Shown: one piece after another, positions 48,818 to 58,483 of the stretch | How the letters are laid out: each line of letters begins with the position of its first letter | Numbering within the stretch: position 1 is the stretch's first letter | NCBI GenBank assembly: GCA_039584685.1 | Contig: JBDGXI010000002.1 | Span: 4,184 to 68,183, forward strand | Origin: Gemmatimonadota bacterium | GTDB taxonomy: Bacteria > Gemmatimonadota > Gemmatimonadetes > Palauibacterales > Palauibacteraceae | Reading direction: 5' to 3' | Length of the DNA stretch: 64,000 bases | Position numbers and translations under genes: made by a program | The notes under the pieces: generated by a model | Seen by the model: the letters and a program-made list of their open reading frames with translations, nothing else | Databases searched by the model: none | Told to the model about the DNA's origin: nothing

Positions 48818-50137
48818 ATGAAGCGCAACGGACACCGCAGCGGTCGGTTTCTTTCGGTGCTGGCGATCCTGCTCGTGTCGTGTGCCCGCGAGGAGATGCC
48901 GCCCGGCACGGGACCCGACTTCGAGGCTCCGGCAGTCGTGGAGATGTTCCCGCGGCACGGTTCGGCCGTCCCTGGCATGGACGAGGACGCATACGTCCGA
49001 TTCGATGAACCGCTCGGCGACCCTCGCTCCGTGGCACGAATGATCGAGACGTCGCCTGCCTGGCTCTACGAGATCAACGCGGGGCGGAGCAACGTTCGGA
49101 TCCGGCCTCGTGATGGCTGGCGGCCCGATGTCGTATACATGTTTCGGATCCCCCCGGGACTCAGAGACCTGATCAGAAACCAGACGCGGGAGCCAATCGA
49201 GCTCCTGTTTACTACCGGACAGGAGATCTCCGGCACCCGCACGATGGGAACCGTGTGGGACCGAGAGACCGTCCGGTCGGTTCGTGGGGCTGCGCTGCGG
49301 GTGATCGGGGGCGACTCGGTGCCCTACGCTGCGGTCGCCGACACCGGTGGCAATTTCGTGCTGCCGGCTCTCCCAGTCGGTGATTACTGGGCCTACGCCT
49401 TCAGGGACCAGAATCAGAACGCAGTGCTCGACCGGGACTTCGAGCCGCACGATAGTGGACTGGTTCTTCTCCCCGATCCGACAACCGTCGTCAGGCTCGA
49501 CCTGTGGCTGACGTCCCCGGACTCGACCCCCCCGCAACTCGTCTCGGCAACGGCTACCGACAGTCTACGTCTCCGACTCGAGTTCGATGACCTTCTGGAG
49601 CCGGACGCATCACTCGCGGCGGCTTCGGTCAGCGTAGCTCTATCCACCACGGGTGAGAAATGGCCCATCGCGGAGTTCGTCGTCGGTGACCTGCCGGTCG
49701 TCGATTCCACCGCCGCCGGTTCCGCGGGCGTCGCTACCGTCGGCGATTCGGTCGCCGCCGCCTCAGACTCGGCCGCGCCCCGTACCGACTCGGTCCAGGT
49801 CGGGCCGGACGCGCAGCGCGACTCCTCGATTCTCGAGCCAGAAGTGTCGGAGGTCGCCCCTCCCGGTGAAGCGCCGACAAGCGGAAGTGCTCCGATCGAC
49901 AGGGCCCGTCCGGAGCGCTTCGTCGCGGTACGGCTGGAGAGAGCTCTGACCGAGGGGACGTTCGAGGTGCGCACACAGGGATTCCTCAACCTCCGACTGC
50001 TGTCGGGTGGAGGGGACACCACCATGGTCTTCGAGGCCGCGCCGCCCGTGCCCGATCCCGAGTCGGTCGAGGTCGGCGGTGATGTAGGCGGCGAGGAGAC
50101 TGGAGAGGATGCCGCGGCACGGGAGGAGGATTCGTGA
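48818..50137 (+). CDS. Ig-like domain lipoprotein
   Basis: Lipobox LVSC followed by AREEMPPGTGPDFEAP; beta-rich domains; DQNQNAVLD Ca-loop-like motif. Confidence 0.75.
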   Translation: MKRNGHRSGRFLSVLAILLVSCAREEMPPGTGPDFEAPAVVEMFPRHGSAVPGMDEDAYVRFDEPLGDPRSVARMIETSPAWLYEINAGRSNVRIRPRDGWRPDVVYMFRIPPGLRDLIRNQTREPIELLFTTGQEISGTRTMGTVWDRETVRSVRGAALRVIGGDSVPYAAVADTGGNFVLPALPVGDYWAYAFRDQNQNAVLDRDFEPHDSGLVLLPDPTTVVRLDLWLTSPDSTPPQLVSATATDSLRLRLEFDDLLEPDASLAAASVSVALSTTGEKWPIAEFVVGDLPVVDSTAAGSAGVATVGDSVAAASDSAAPRTDSVQVGPDAQRDSSILEPEVSEVAPPGEAPTSGSAPIDRARPERFVAVRLERALTEGTFEVRTQGFLNLRLLSGGGDTTMVFEAAPPVPDPESVEVGGDVGGEETGEDAAAREEDS

Positions 50138-51534
50138 CGACTACTGGGACCGGAGGTGATCCCCGGCGGGATCTCCCTTCGGTGGACGAGCTATTGCGGC
50201 GCGAGGAATCGGGTGACTGGGTGGCGCGGTGGGGCAGGGAGCCGGTCACGCGTGCCTTGCGCGATGCGCTGAGCGAGTTCCGGGGCCGGCTGGAATCCAG
50301 CGGGCCCGTTCCGGACGTCGAGGCGTTGCTGGCGGCGACTCTGCGTCACCTGCAGGCGGACCGGCCTGCCCTTCGCAGAGTGATCAACGCGACCGGGGTC
50401 ATCCTGCACACCAACCTGGGTCGGGCACCGCTCGCGGATGACGCCGTGCGGGCCGCAGCGAGCATCGCGGAGGGCTATTCGACTCTGGAATACGATCTGG
50501 ACGGAGGCGTGCGGGGTGATCGCTACGCACACTGCGCCGAGCTGGTGTCGCGCCTGACCGGCTCGGAGTCATCCCTGGTCGTCAACAACAATGCCGCTGC
50601 GGTAGCTCTCGCGATCAACGGCCTGTCACGGGGTCGGGACGTGGTCGTTTCCCGCGGTGAGCTCGTAGAGATCGGGGGCGGTTTCCGGATCCCGGAAGTG
50701 ATAGAGAGATCGGGAGCGTTTCTCAGGGCAGTCGGGACCACCAATCGAACCCGGATCGACGACTATCGGCGGGCCATCACCCCGTCCACCGGAATGCTGC
50801 TGAAGATTCATCCCTCGAATTACCGGGTTCAGGGTTTCGCGGAGGAAACGTCCCTCCAGAGCCTTGTAGCCCTGGGGCGCACGGCCGGGCTCCCCGTCAT
50901 GCACGATCTCGGGTCGGGGCTCCTGCAGAAGCACGAGCTCCTGCCCCCTCTTCCCGAGCCGTCGGTGCGGGCTTCCGTCGCGGCCGGTTGCGATGTTGTT
51001 ACCTGGAGTGGCGACAAGCTCCTGGGAGGGCCGCAGGCGGGCATCATCCACGGGAGCGAGGCGATCGTGCGCCAGCTTCGGTCCAACCCGCTCGCTCGGG
51101 CGTTCCGGGTGGACAAGATGACGTTGGCTGCCCTGGAAGCCACGCTGCGTTTGTACCTGGCGCCGGAGACCGCGGCGCTCCGAATCCCGGTGTTGCGGAT
51201 GCTCTGCGAGACGGCGGAAAGCGTCGAGGGCAGGGCCCGCGCCGCCCTGCGTGGCCTCGGGGACGACGCGGCTCAGCGTGTTTCGATCGTGCCGATGAGA
51301 TCGGTGGTGGGCGGTGGCTCGGCCCCGGGCTTCGAGATCGCCTCCGCCGGTTGGACCGTATCGGGGTCCGGACGGGACCTCGAATCGAGACTGAGAGGCG
51401 AAGATCCCCCGATCGTGGGCCGGATCGAGGCGGACACGCTGTTCCTCGATTTTCGGACGGTTCTCGAGGGTCAGGAGCCCCTCCTGTCCCGGGCTGTGGA
51501 CAGGTTGGTCGAGAGCGAGCGTTCGGAATCGTGA
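50134..51534 (+). CDS. selA: L-seryl-tRNA(Sec) selenium transferase
   Basis: VINATGVILHTNLGRA, VNNNAAA, SRGELVEIGGGFRIP, HPSNY, SGDKLLGGPQAG motifs. Confidence 0.97.
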   Translation: MTTTGTGGDPRRDLPSVDELLRREESGDWVARWGREPVTRALRDALSEFRGRLESSGPVPDVEALLAATLRHLQADRPALRRVINATGVILHTNLGRAPLADDAVRAAASIAEGYSTLEYDLDGGVRGDRYAHCAELVSRLTGSESSLVVNNNAAAVALAINGLSRGRDVVVSRGELVEIGGGFRIPEVIERSGAFLRAVGTTNRTRIDDYRRAITPSTGMLLKIHPSNYRVQGFAEETSLQSLVALGRTAGLPVMHDLGSGLLQKHELLPPLPEPSVRASVAAGCDVVTWSGDKLLGGPQAGIIHGSEAIVRQLRSNPLARAFRVDKMTLAALEATLRLYLAPETAALRIPVLRMLCETAESVEGRARAALRGLGDDAAQRVSIVPMRSVVGGGSAPGFEIASAGWTVSGSGRDLESRLRGEDPPIVGRIEADTLFLDFRTVLEGQEPLLSRAVDRLVESERSES

Positions 51535-52088
51535 ACCATCCGGGCCGTCGGCCGACGACCGCATTCCTCGACAGAGACGGGACCCTCATTCGTGATACGG
51601 GCTACATCGCGATGCCCGATGAGGTGGAGCTGCTGGCTGGCGCTGCGGAAGCGGTTCGTCTCCTGAACGAAGCCGGGGTACCGGTCGTCGTCGTGACCAA
51701 CCAGTCCGGAATCGGACGCGGATTATTGGATGAGCCGGCGTTTCAAGCCGTTCAGGTCCGGTTCGAATCGTCCCTGGCCGGGGCCGGGGCGCGGATCGAC
51801 GCCACGTACTTCTGCCCGCACGCTCCAGCGGATCGCTGTGGATGCCGAAAGCCGGGCCTGGCCCTGTATCGGAAGGCCGCCGAGAACGGCTTCGAGACGG
51901 CTGGGGCGCTATACGCGGGCGACCGGGTGCGTGACGTTCTCCCGGCCCTCGCGCTCGGCGGGTTGGGAATGCTGGTCGCGGGAGAGAAGGGGGCGTATGA
52001 TGGCCACGTGCCTTCGGAGGTCATCCTGGTCCCCGATCTTCTGACCGGGGTCCGTTGGCTTCTGGGTGTCCCGGAGGATGATGCGTAG
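51531..52088 (+). CDS. gmhB: HAD-IIIA phosphatase, D,D-heptose 1,7-bisphosphate phosphatase-like
   Basis: FLDRDGT, VTNQSG, CPH....CGCRKP, GDR..D motifs. GTG 51531 overlaps the selA stop. Confidence 0.85.
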   Translation: MNHPGRRPTTAFLDRDGTLIRDTGYIAMPDEVELLAGAAEAVRLLNEAGVPVVVVTNQSGIGRGLLDEPAFQAVQVRFESSLAGAGARIDATYFCPHAPADRCGCRKPGLALYRKAAENGFETAGALYAGDRVRDVLPALALGGLGMLVAGEKGAYDGHVPSEVILVPDLLTGVRWLLGVPEDDA

Positions 52089-52112
52089 TGGTGCGCCAGA
52101 CTGAGGCTCGGT

Positions 52113-52784
52113 ATGTCTGAATCACTCCCGGTAGCGGTCCTGGCCTCGGGATCGGGAACGAATCTGCAGGCGATTATCGACCGCGTTCACCTGCGTTCCG
52201 AGGTCGGCGTGCATGTCGCACGCGTGGTCGGAAGCAAACCGGGCATCGGTGCCCTCGAGCGCGCTTCGAGATACGACATCCCCACATCCGTATGTCCACC
52301 GGAGGATGGTGGGGAAGAGTGGCTCCTGCACGTGCTCGAGGCCTCGGGGGCACGGCTGGTCGTCCTCGCGGGTTGGCTCAAGCTGATTCCCAGCGGTGTG
52401 GTGAGGGCGTACCGGGGACGAATGGTCAACATTCACCCGGCTCTGCTTCCGTCGTTCGGGGGGCCTGGCATGTACGGCCGCCGCGTTCACGAAGCCGTGG
52501 TGGCGAGCGGGGTGCGGGTCTCGGGTCCCACCATCCACTTCGTGGACGAGATCTACGACCACGGCGCGATCATTGCCCAGTGGCCGGTGCCGGTGCTCGA
52601 GGGAGACGACGCCGAGACCCTCGCGGCGAGAATCCTGACGGTCGAACACCGTCTTCTGCCGGAGGTGGTGCAGGCTTTTGCGGAGGGAAGGTTCGAATTG
52701 ACAGCGTCGGGGAAGGTGATGTGGGCCGACCCGTGGTTCCCGGCCGAGACGTTCACGATGCCACCCCCGGCTGCGGCCGAGTAA
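52113..52784 (+). CDS. purN: Phosphoribosylglycinamide formyltransferase
   Basis: ASGSGTNLQA, NIHPALLPSFGG, HFVDE.YDHG motifs. Confidence 0.97.
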   Translation: MSESLPVAVLASGSGTNLQAIIDRVHLRSEVGVHVARVVGSKPGIGALERASRYDIPTSVCPPEDGGEEWLLHVLEASGARLVVLAGWLKLIPSGVVRAYRGRMVNIHPALLPSFGGPGMYGRRVHEAVVASGVRVSGPTIHFVDEIYDHGAIIAQWPVPVLEGDDAETLAARILTVEHRLLPEVVQAFAEGRFELTASGKVMWADPWFPAETFTMPPPAAAE

Positions 52785-52796
52785 GAGAGGCGACGA

Positions 52797-54392
52797 ATGC
52801 CATACGCCATATTGAGTGTTTCGGACAAGACGGGCATTTCGGACTTGGCTGAGGCGCTGTACGATCGCGGGTGGACGCTCCTCTCCACCGGCGGTACCGG
52901 GCAGGTGATCCGCGCGGCTGACATCCCGGTGACCGGCATCTCGGAGTTCACGGGGTTCCCGGAGATCCTGGGCGGGAGAGTGAAGACGTTGCATCCCGCC
53001 GTCCACGCAGGTCTGCTTGCCCGCCTCTCGGTTGAGAGCGACGTGCGCGATCTCGACCTGCACAAGCTCGAGCCGGTGGGGCTCGTGGCGGTCAATCTGT
53101 ATCCGTTCCGAGAGACGGTAGCTCGTCCGGAGACCACCCTGGCGGAAGCGCTGGAACAGATCGACATCGGAGGCCCGACCATGCTGCGGGCGGCGGCCAA
53201 GAACCACCCCTTCGTGTGGCCGGTGTGCGATCCGGAAGACTACGGGCGCTTGATCGAGGCGATCGACTCCGGGGGGGACCAGGACGAGTTCCGTCGAGCC
53301 CTGGCGGCCAAGGTGTTCTCCCATACGGCGGCGTACGACTCGGCCGTTGCCGGCTACCTGCGTGGGTCCAGGGAAGAGTCGGACGACACAGGGGCATTTC
53401 CCGAGCAATTGATGGTTTCGCTCAGCCGCGTCCAGTCGCTGCGCTACGGAGAGAACCCGGACCAGCCTGCGGCTTTCTATCGTCCTTCGTCGAGCCCGCC
53501 GGCCGGAATCCCGGGTTTCAGGCAGCTGCACGGCAAAGAACTGTCGTACAACAACATTCTCGACCTCGACGGCGCACTGCTGGCCATCGCGCCGTTCCTC
53601 GGCGGTGAACTGTCGGCGTGCGCGATCCTGAAGCACACCACCCCGTGCGGGATCGCGGTCGGCAGGTCTCCCGCCGAGGCGTACGAGAAGGCGCTGGCGT
53701 GCGACCCGGTCTCCGCTTTCGGATCCACCGTGGTGTTCAGCGAGCCCGTGACGGAGGTGGTGGCGGAACAGCTGTCGAAGCTGTTCGTCGAGTGCCTGGT
53801 GGCGCCGGGCTACGCACCGCCGGCGCTCCGGATCCTGCAACAGAAGCAGAACATCCGGATCCTCGAGCCGGGTTCGGAAGGCCGTCTCGGGTCGCACTCC
53901 GGTCACCTCAAGCCAGGCCTGGATCTGCGCGGTGTGATCGGGGGCGTACTGGTTCAAGGCTCACCGGCTCCGGCTCGATCGTCGGAGCTCCGGGCGGACG
54001 GCGCGACCGTGGCCACGGTCCGCCAACCCACGGAGCGGGAGTGGGACGATCTGGCCTTCGCCTGGGCGGCCGTGCAGGCGGTGAAGTCCAATGCGATTCT
54101 GCTCGCACGCGAGGGAGCAGCAGTGGGGATTGGGGCCGGTCAGATGAGTCGGGTGGACGCTGCGCATCTGGCGGCTCATAAGGCGAAGGCGGCAGGGTTC
54201 AAATTGGCCGATCTGGTGCTGGCATCCGACGCTTTCTTCCCGTTCCGGGACGGCGTGGATGCGGCGGCCGCCGCAGGGGCGACGGCGATCATTCAGCCCG
54301 GCGGGTCGAAAAGGGACGAGGAGGCGATCGAGGCCGCCAACGAGCACGACATCGCGATGGTATTCACGGGCCGGCGGACATTCCGTCACTGA
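52797..54392 (+). CDS. purH: Bifunctional AICAR transformylase/IMP cyclohydrolase
   Basis: LSVSDKTG, GGRVKTLHP, IDIGGP, RYGENP, SDAFFPF, QPGGS motifs. Confidence 0.98.
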   Translation: MPYAILSVSDKTGISDLAEALYDRGWTLLSTGGTGQVIRAADIPVTGISEFTGFPEILGGRVKTLHPAVHAGLLARLSVESDVRDLDLHKLEPVGLVAVNLYPFRETVARPETTLAEALEQIDIGGPTMLRAAAKNHPFVWPVCDPEDYGRLIEAIDSGGDQDEFRRALAAKVFSHTAAYDSAVAGYLRGSREESDDTGAFPEQLMVSLSRVQSLRYGENPDQPAAFYRPSSSPPAGIPGFRQLHGKELSYNNILDLDGALLAIAPFLGGELSACAILKHTTPCGIAVGRSPAEAYEKALACDPVSAFGSTVVFSEPVTEVVAEQLSKLFVECLVAPGYAPPALRILQQKQNIRILEPGSEGRLGSHSGHLKPGLDLRGVIGGVLVQGSPAPARSSELRADGATVATVRQPTEREWDDLAFAWAAVQAVKSNAILLAREGAAVGIGAGQMSRVDAAHLAAHKAKAAGFKLADLVLASDAFFPFRDGVDAAAAAGATAIIQPGGSKRDEEAIEAANEHDIAMVFTGRRTFRH

Positions 54393-54468
54393 CGTCATTT
54401 CGGAGGTGAGCGGCGGCCGCGCAGCGTATTCCACGGCTCAGCCCCTCATCGACTGGCCACGCGCGGCC

Positions 54469-54497
54469 TTGACTGGCGCCTAGCGCGCGTCTATAAA
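54469..54497 (+). promoter_or_regulatory. Near-consensus sigma70 promoter of the cytochrome c oxidase operon
   Basis: TTGACT (54469-54474), 17 bp spacer, TATAAA (54492-54497), then a CGTGCCCC/GGGGCACG hairpin (54504-54523) at the predicted 5' end. Confidence 0.7.
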
Positions 54498-54561
54498 GGG
54501 TCGCGTGCCCCGCCCGGGGCACGGGTGTCTTCGAGGCCAACTCTAGAGAGATACGAACAAC

Positions 54562-55590
54562 GTGAGACGCGGTAGACGACCAAATACGTCCGGGGTGCGG
54601 CTCTGGATCGGACCGCTCCTGGCCCTGACGGCGCTGGCATTGGGAGCGTGCGGCGGACCGTTTCCTCAGTCCGCGCTCGATCCGGCGTCTGACTTCGCGT
54701 GGAAACTACAGCACCTGTTCGAGGGGATCTTCCTGTGGGCAGTGGTAGTGTTCGTACTCGTCGAGGGTGCCCTGATCGTCGCGATCCTGCGTTTTCGTGA
54801 ACGCCCCGGCGGACCGACGCCAAAGGCCACGCACGGCAACACCGTACTCGAGATCGCGTGGACGCTGGCCCCCGCGGTCGTGCTCGTCTTGATAGCGATT
54901 CCCACCGTAAGAGTGATCTGGGATGTGGATCGTCCGGCGCGTGGCGAGTCCCTGGTCGTGGAGGCGATCGGCCATCAGTGGTGGTGGGAGTTCAGGTATC
55001 CGGAGCTGGGGATCGTCACGGCGAACGAGCTGCACATTCCGGTTGGCGTGCAGGTCGATGTTCGTCTCACGTCGGCCGATGTGATTCACAGCTTCTGGTT
55101 CCCGAGGCTCGGTGGGAAGCGGGACGTGATTCCCGGGCACGAGACCCAGATCTGGTTCACGGCCGACTCGGCCGGGTTGTACCTGGGACAGTGCGCCGAG
55201 TTCTGCGGCCTGTCGCATGCCCTCATGAAGATGCAACTGGTGGCAGAGTCGCCGGTTGAGTTCGAAGCCTGGGTCGAGCATCAGAAATCCGATGCGCTAG
55301 TGGCGGATTCCGCCGCGTTCGCAGACGGAAGTCAGGCGTTCATGCAGGGCGGCTGCATAGCGTGCCACGCCGTTCGTGGAACCATCGCACAGGGAGTACT
55401 CGGGCCCGACCTGACGCACGTCGGCAGTCGCCGCCGGATCGCGGCCGGCATTCTCGAGAACACGCCGGCAAACATGGAGCGCTGGATCAAGAACTCACGG
55501 GGCGTGAAGCCGGGATCGTTGATGGTCGTGCCAGAGCTCGACGATGAGACGGTGAGCCGCATAGTGGCGTATCTGCAGAGCCTGAAGTAG
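54562..55590 (+). CDS. coxB: Cytochrome c oxidase subunit II with fused cytochrome c (caa3 type), lipoprotein
   Basis: Lipobox LGAC; CuA ligands HSFW and CAEFCGLSHALM; CIACH heme c motif. Confidence 0.96.
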   Translation: MRRGRRPNTSGVRLWIGPLLALTALALGACGGPFPQSALDPASDFAWKLQHLFEGIFLWAVVVFVLVEGALIVAILRFRERPGGPTPKATHGNTVLEIAWTLAPAVVLVLIAIPTVRVIWDVDRPARGESLVVEAIGHQWWWEFRYPELGIVTANELHIPVGVQVDVRLTSADVIHSFWFPRLGGKRDVIPGHETQIWFTADSAGLYLGQCAEFCGLSHALMKMQLVAESPVEFEAWVEHQKSDALVADSAAFADGSQAFMQGGCIACHAVRGTIAQGVLGPDLTHVGSRRRIAAGILENTPANMERWIKNSRGVKPGSLMVVPELDDETVSRIVAYLQSLK

Positions 55591-55643
55591 GGACGCGGCG
55601 GCAGCCGGGCCCGATCGGGAATACCAGGAGCACAGGGGAATAC

Positions 55644-57473
55644 ATGGCAGTCACGGCAGCCAGTCCGTCCGGAAGCGCGGGCCACGCGCACGAAGGCACG
55701 TATTCGGGTGGACTCCTCAGCTGGATCACCACGGTCGATCACAAGCGGATCGGCGTCATGTATGGTGTGAGCGCCTTCTTCTTCTTCCTGGTCGGAGGGA
55801 TCGAAGCTCTCCTCATCCGGCTCCAGCTCGGATCTCCAGAAAGCACGCTGATCGATCCGGATCTGTACAACCAGCTGTTCACGATGCATGGCACGACGAT
55901 GGTGTTCCTGGCCATCATGCCCCTGAGTGCAGCCTTCTTCAACTTCATCGTTCCCCTGCAGATCGGTGCCCGGGACGTTGCCTTTCCCCGGCTGAACGCG
56001 TTCAGCTTCTGGGTGTTCTTCCTGGGCGCCCTGTTCATGAACGCCAGCTTTCTGTTCGGGGGAGCGCCTGACGCGGGCTGGTTCGGCTACGCCAACCTCA
56101 CGTCCACCCAGTATTCGCCGGGTATGCGCGTCGACTTCTGGGTCATCGGCCTGTTGGTGCTTGGTGTCTCATCCATCGCGGCCGCGCTGAACTTCATCGT
56201 GACTATCATCAATCTGCGTTGCGAAGGCATGACGCTGATGCGCATGCCCTTGTTTACGTGGATGACCTTGATCACGTCGTTCCTTCTGGTGATGGCGTTC
56301 CCGGCGATCACCGTGGGTCTCGTGCTCCTCATGTTTGATCGCATGTTCGGCACCCTGTTCTTCAATCCCATGGCGGGTGGCGACGTTCTGCTGTGGCAGC
56401 ACCTGTTCTGGATCTTCGGGCATCCGGAGGTATACATCCTCCTGCTTCCAGGGCTCGGAATGGTCTCCGAGATCATCCCGGTGTTCTCGCGAAAACCGCT
56501 CTTCGGCTACGCCTTCGTCGTCTACTCGGGAATCCTGATCGCCTTCCTGGGTTTTGGAGTGTGGGCTCATCACATGTTCGCCGTGGGGCTCGGCCCGGTG
56601 GCCAACACTGTGTTCTCCGCGGCCACCATGCTCATCGCGATTCCGACCGGCGTGAAGATCTTCAACTGGATCGCGACCCTGTGGGGCGGCTCGCTGCGTA
56701 TGCGCACGCCGCTCTACTTCTCGCTCGGGTTCATCGCGATGTTCATCATCGGCGGGTTGAGCGGCGTGATGCACGCGTCGGCAGCCGCCGATCTCCAGCA
56801 GACGGACACGTACTTCATCGTGGCCCACATCCACTACGTGCTCTTCGGCGGCGTGATGTTCGCCCTGTTCGCTGGCATGTATTACTGGATTCCGAAGGTC
56901 ACGGGTCGCATGCTCAGCGACCGGCTCGGCAAGCTTCACTTCTGGATCATGTTGATTTCGTTCAACCTGACCTTCTTCCCGCAGCACTTCCTCGGCCTGC
57001 ATGGGATGCCCCGACGCACGTTCACATACGAGTCCGGTCTCGGCTTCGAGGCCATGAACCTGATGTCTACGGTCGGCTCCATGTTCCTGGGCGCATCGAT
57101 GCTGATCTTCATCTGGAACGTGCTCCACATGCTGCGGAAGGGCCCGCCGGCCGGAGACGATCCGTGGGACGGTGCCACGCTCGAATGGTCCATGGCATCC
57201 CCGCCGCCACACTACAACTTCCGGGCCCTGCCGGTGGTGCATAGCCGGGACCCACTGTGGGCGGCGGACACGACCGAGGCGGTGCCCGGCGACGATCCGA
57301 GCGTACCGGAGCCTCACATGCCCGGACCCTCGTATTTCCCGTTCGTCACCGCCGTCGGGATCGTAGTCATGGCAGCAGGGGGTCTGACCACGGCACTTCC
57401 GGTGGTCGCAGTGGGCGTGGCGTTGATCCTGTTCGGTATCTACGGCTGGGCCTTCCAGCCGCTCGAGCACTAG
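55644..57473 (+). CDS. ctaD: Cytochrome c oxidase subunit I (A1 type)
   Basis: TMHG, FGHPEVY, VWAHH, VAHIHY motifs. Confidence 0.98.
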   Translation: MAVTAASPSGSAGHAHEGTYSGGLLSWITTVDHKRIGVMYGVSAFFFFLVGGIEALLIRLQLGSPESTLIDPDLYNQLFTMHGTTMVFLAIMPLSAAFFNFIVPLQIGARDVAFPRLNAFSFWVFFLGALFMNASFLFGGAPDAGWFGYANLTSTQYSPGMRVDFWVIGLLVLGVSSIAAALNFIVTIINLRCEGMTLMRMPLFTWMTLITSFLLVMAFPAITVGLVLLMFDRMFGTLFFNPMAGGDVLLWQHLFWIFGHPEVYILLLPGLGMVSEIIPVFSRKPLFGYAFVVYSGILIAFLGFGVWAHHMFAVGLGPVANTVFSAATMLIAIPTGVKIFNWIATLWGGSLRMRTPLYFSLGFIAMFIIGGLSGVMHASAAADLQQTDTYFIVAHIHYVLFGGVMFALFAGMYYWIPKVTGRMLSDRLGKLHFWIMLISFNLTFFPQHFLGLHGMPRRTFTYESGLGFEAMNLMSTVGSMFLGASMLIFIWNVLHMLRKGPPAGDDPWDGATLEWSMASPPPHYNFRALPVVHSRDPLWAADTTEAVPGDDPSVPEPHMPGPSYFPFVTAVGIVVMAAGGLTTALPVVAVGVALILFGIYGWAFQPLEH

Positions 57474-57489
57474 AGAACGAGGAGCGGGC

Positions 57490-58083
57490 GTGAGTCAGAC
57501 GGACGCGGCGACGATGGAAATGCACTCGGCGACGGGACTCCCGAATCGGAAGGTCCTGATGTGGGCCTTCATCGGGTCGGAGTGTATGCTGTTCGGCTCG
57601 CTGATCATCGTATACATGGTCTACAGGGGAAAAAGTCTGGTCGGACCGTATCCCGCCGATCTACTGAATATCCCGTTCATCACGGTCACCACCTTCGTTC
57701 TCCTGATGAGCAGCCTCATGATGGTCCTGGCGCTCTCCGCCGTCCAACGCGGAGACATGAGGTGGGGCAAGGTGTGGCTGTTCATGACGGCGTTCTTCGG
57801 AATGATATTCCTGGGCGGCCAGGTATACGAGTTCACGCACTTCGTGCACGAGGGGCTCACGCTCCAGACCAACCTGTTCGGCGGCAGCTTCTTCCTGCTG
57901 ACGGGCACTCACGGAGCGCACGTCACGGTCGGGGTGATCTGGCTGCTCAGCCTGTTCTTCATGGCGCAGCGAGGGAGCCTGACCCAGGCCAACGCGGAGA
58001 CCGTGGAGATCGCCGGTCTGTACTGGCATTTCGTGGACGTCGTGTGGATCGTTCTGTTTACCCTCATCTATCTGCTGGTCTAG
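57490..58083 (+). CDS. ctaE: Cytochrome c oxidase subunit III (short form)
   Basis: FIGSE, TGTHGAHV, LYWHFVDVVW motifs. Confidence 0.95.
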   Translation: MSQTDAATMEMHSATGLPNRKVLMWAFIGSECMLFGSLIIVYMVYRGKSLVGPYPADLLNIPFITVTTFVLLMSSLMMVLALSAVQRGDMRWGKVWLFMTAFFGMIFLGGQVYEFTHFVHEGLTLQTNLFGGSFFLLTGTHGAHVTVGVIWLLSLFFMAQRGSLTQANAETVEIAGLYWHFVDVVWIVLFTLIYLLV

Positions 58084-58099
58084 AAGGAGCGGGCGCTGA

Positions 58100-58405
58100 A
58101 TGACGCAGACCCACGAGCAGGCGGAGCACGCACACCCGAGCAACCGCACCTACGTCATCGTAGCTGCAATACTCGGCGTGATTACGGCCGTCGAAGTGGC
58201 GGTGTTCTACCTGGACGCTTTGAAGCCGGTGCTCGTGCCGATTCTTCTCACGCTTTCGGCGGCCAAGTTCACCATGGTTGTGGGCTTCTTCATGCACCTG
58301 AAGTTCGACTCCCGTTTGTATCGCGCGTTGTTCATCGGTCCCCTGGTCGTAGCGATTGCCGTCATGATGGCGATGTTTCTCCTGTATGGCGTGTTCCGCG
58401 CCTGA
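58100..58405 (+). CDS. ctaF: Cytochrome c oxidase subunit IV family protein
   Basis: 3 TM helices with FFMHLKFD motif. Confidence 0.88.
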   Translation: MTQTHEQAEHAHPSNRTYVIVAAILGVITAVEVAVFYLDALKPVLVPILLTLSAAKFTMVVGFFMHLKFDSRLYRALFIGPLVVAIAVMMAMFLLYGVFRA

Positions 58406-58448
58406 GGCACGGGCAAGGAGACGCGCGAAGCGAAACCCTCCGCCGTGC

Positions 58449-58477
58449 TGGACGAGGCACTCCACCGCTACTAACCT
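58449..58477 (+). promoter_or_regulatory. Putative promoter giving a leaderless mRNA for the P-type ATPase
   Basis: TGGACG (58449-58454), 17 bp spacer, TAACCT (58472-58477), 6 nt before the ATG; no SD sequence. Confidence 0.4.
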
Positions 58478-58483
58478 CGATTC

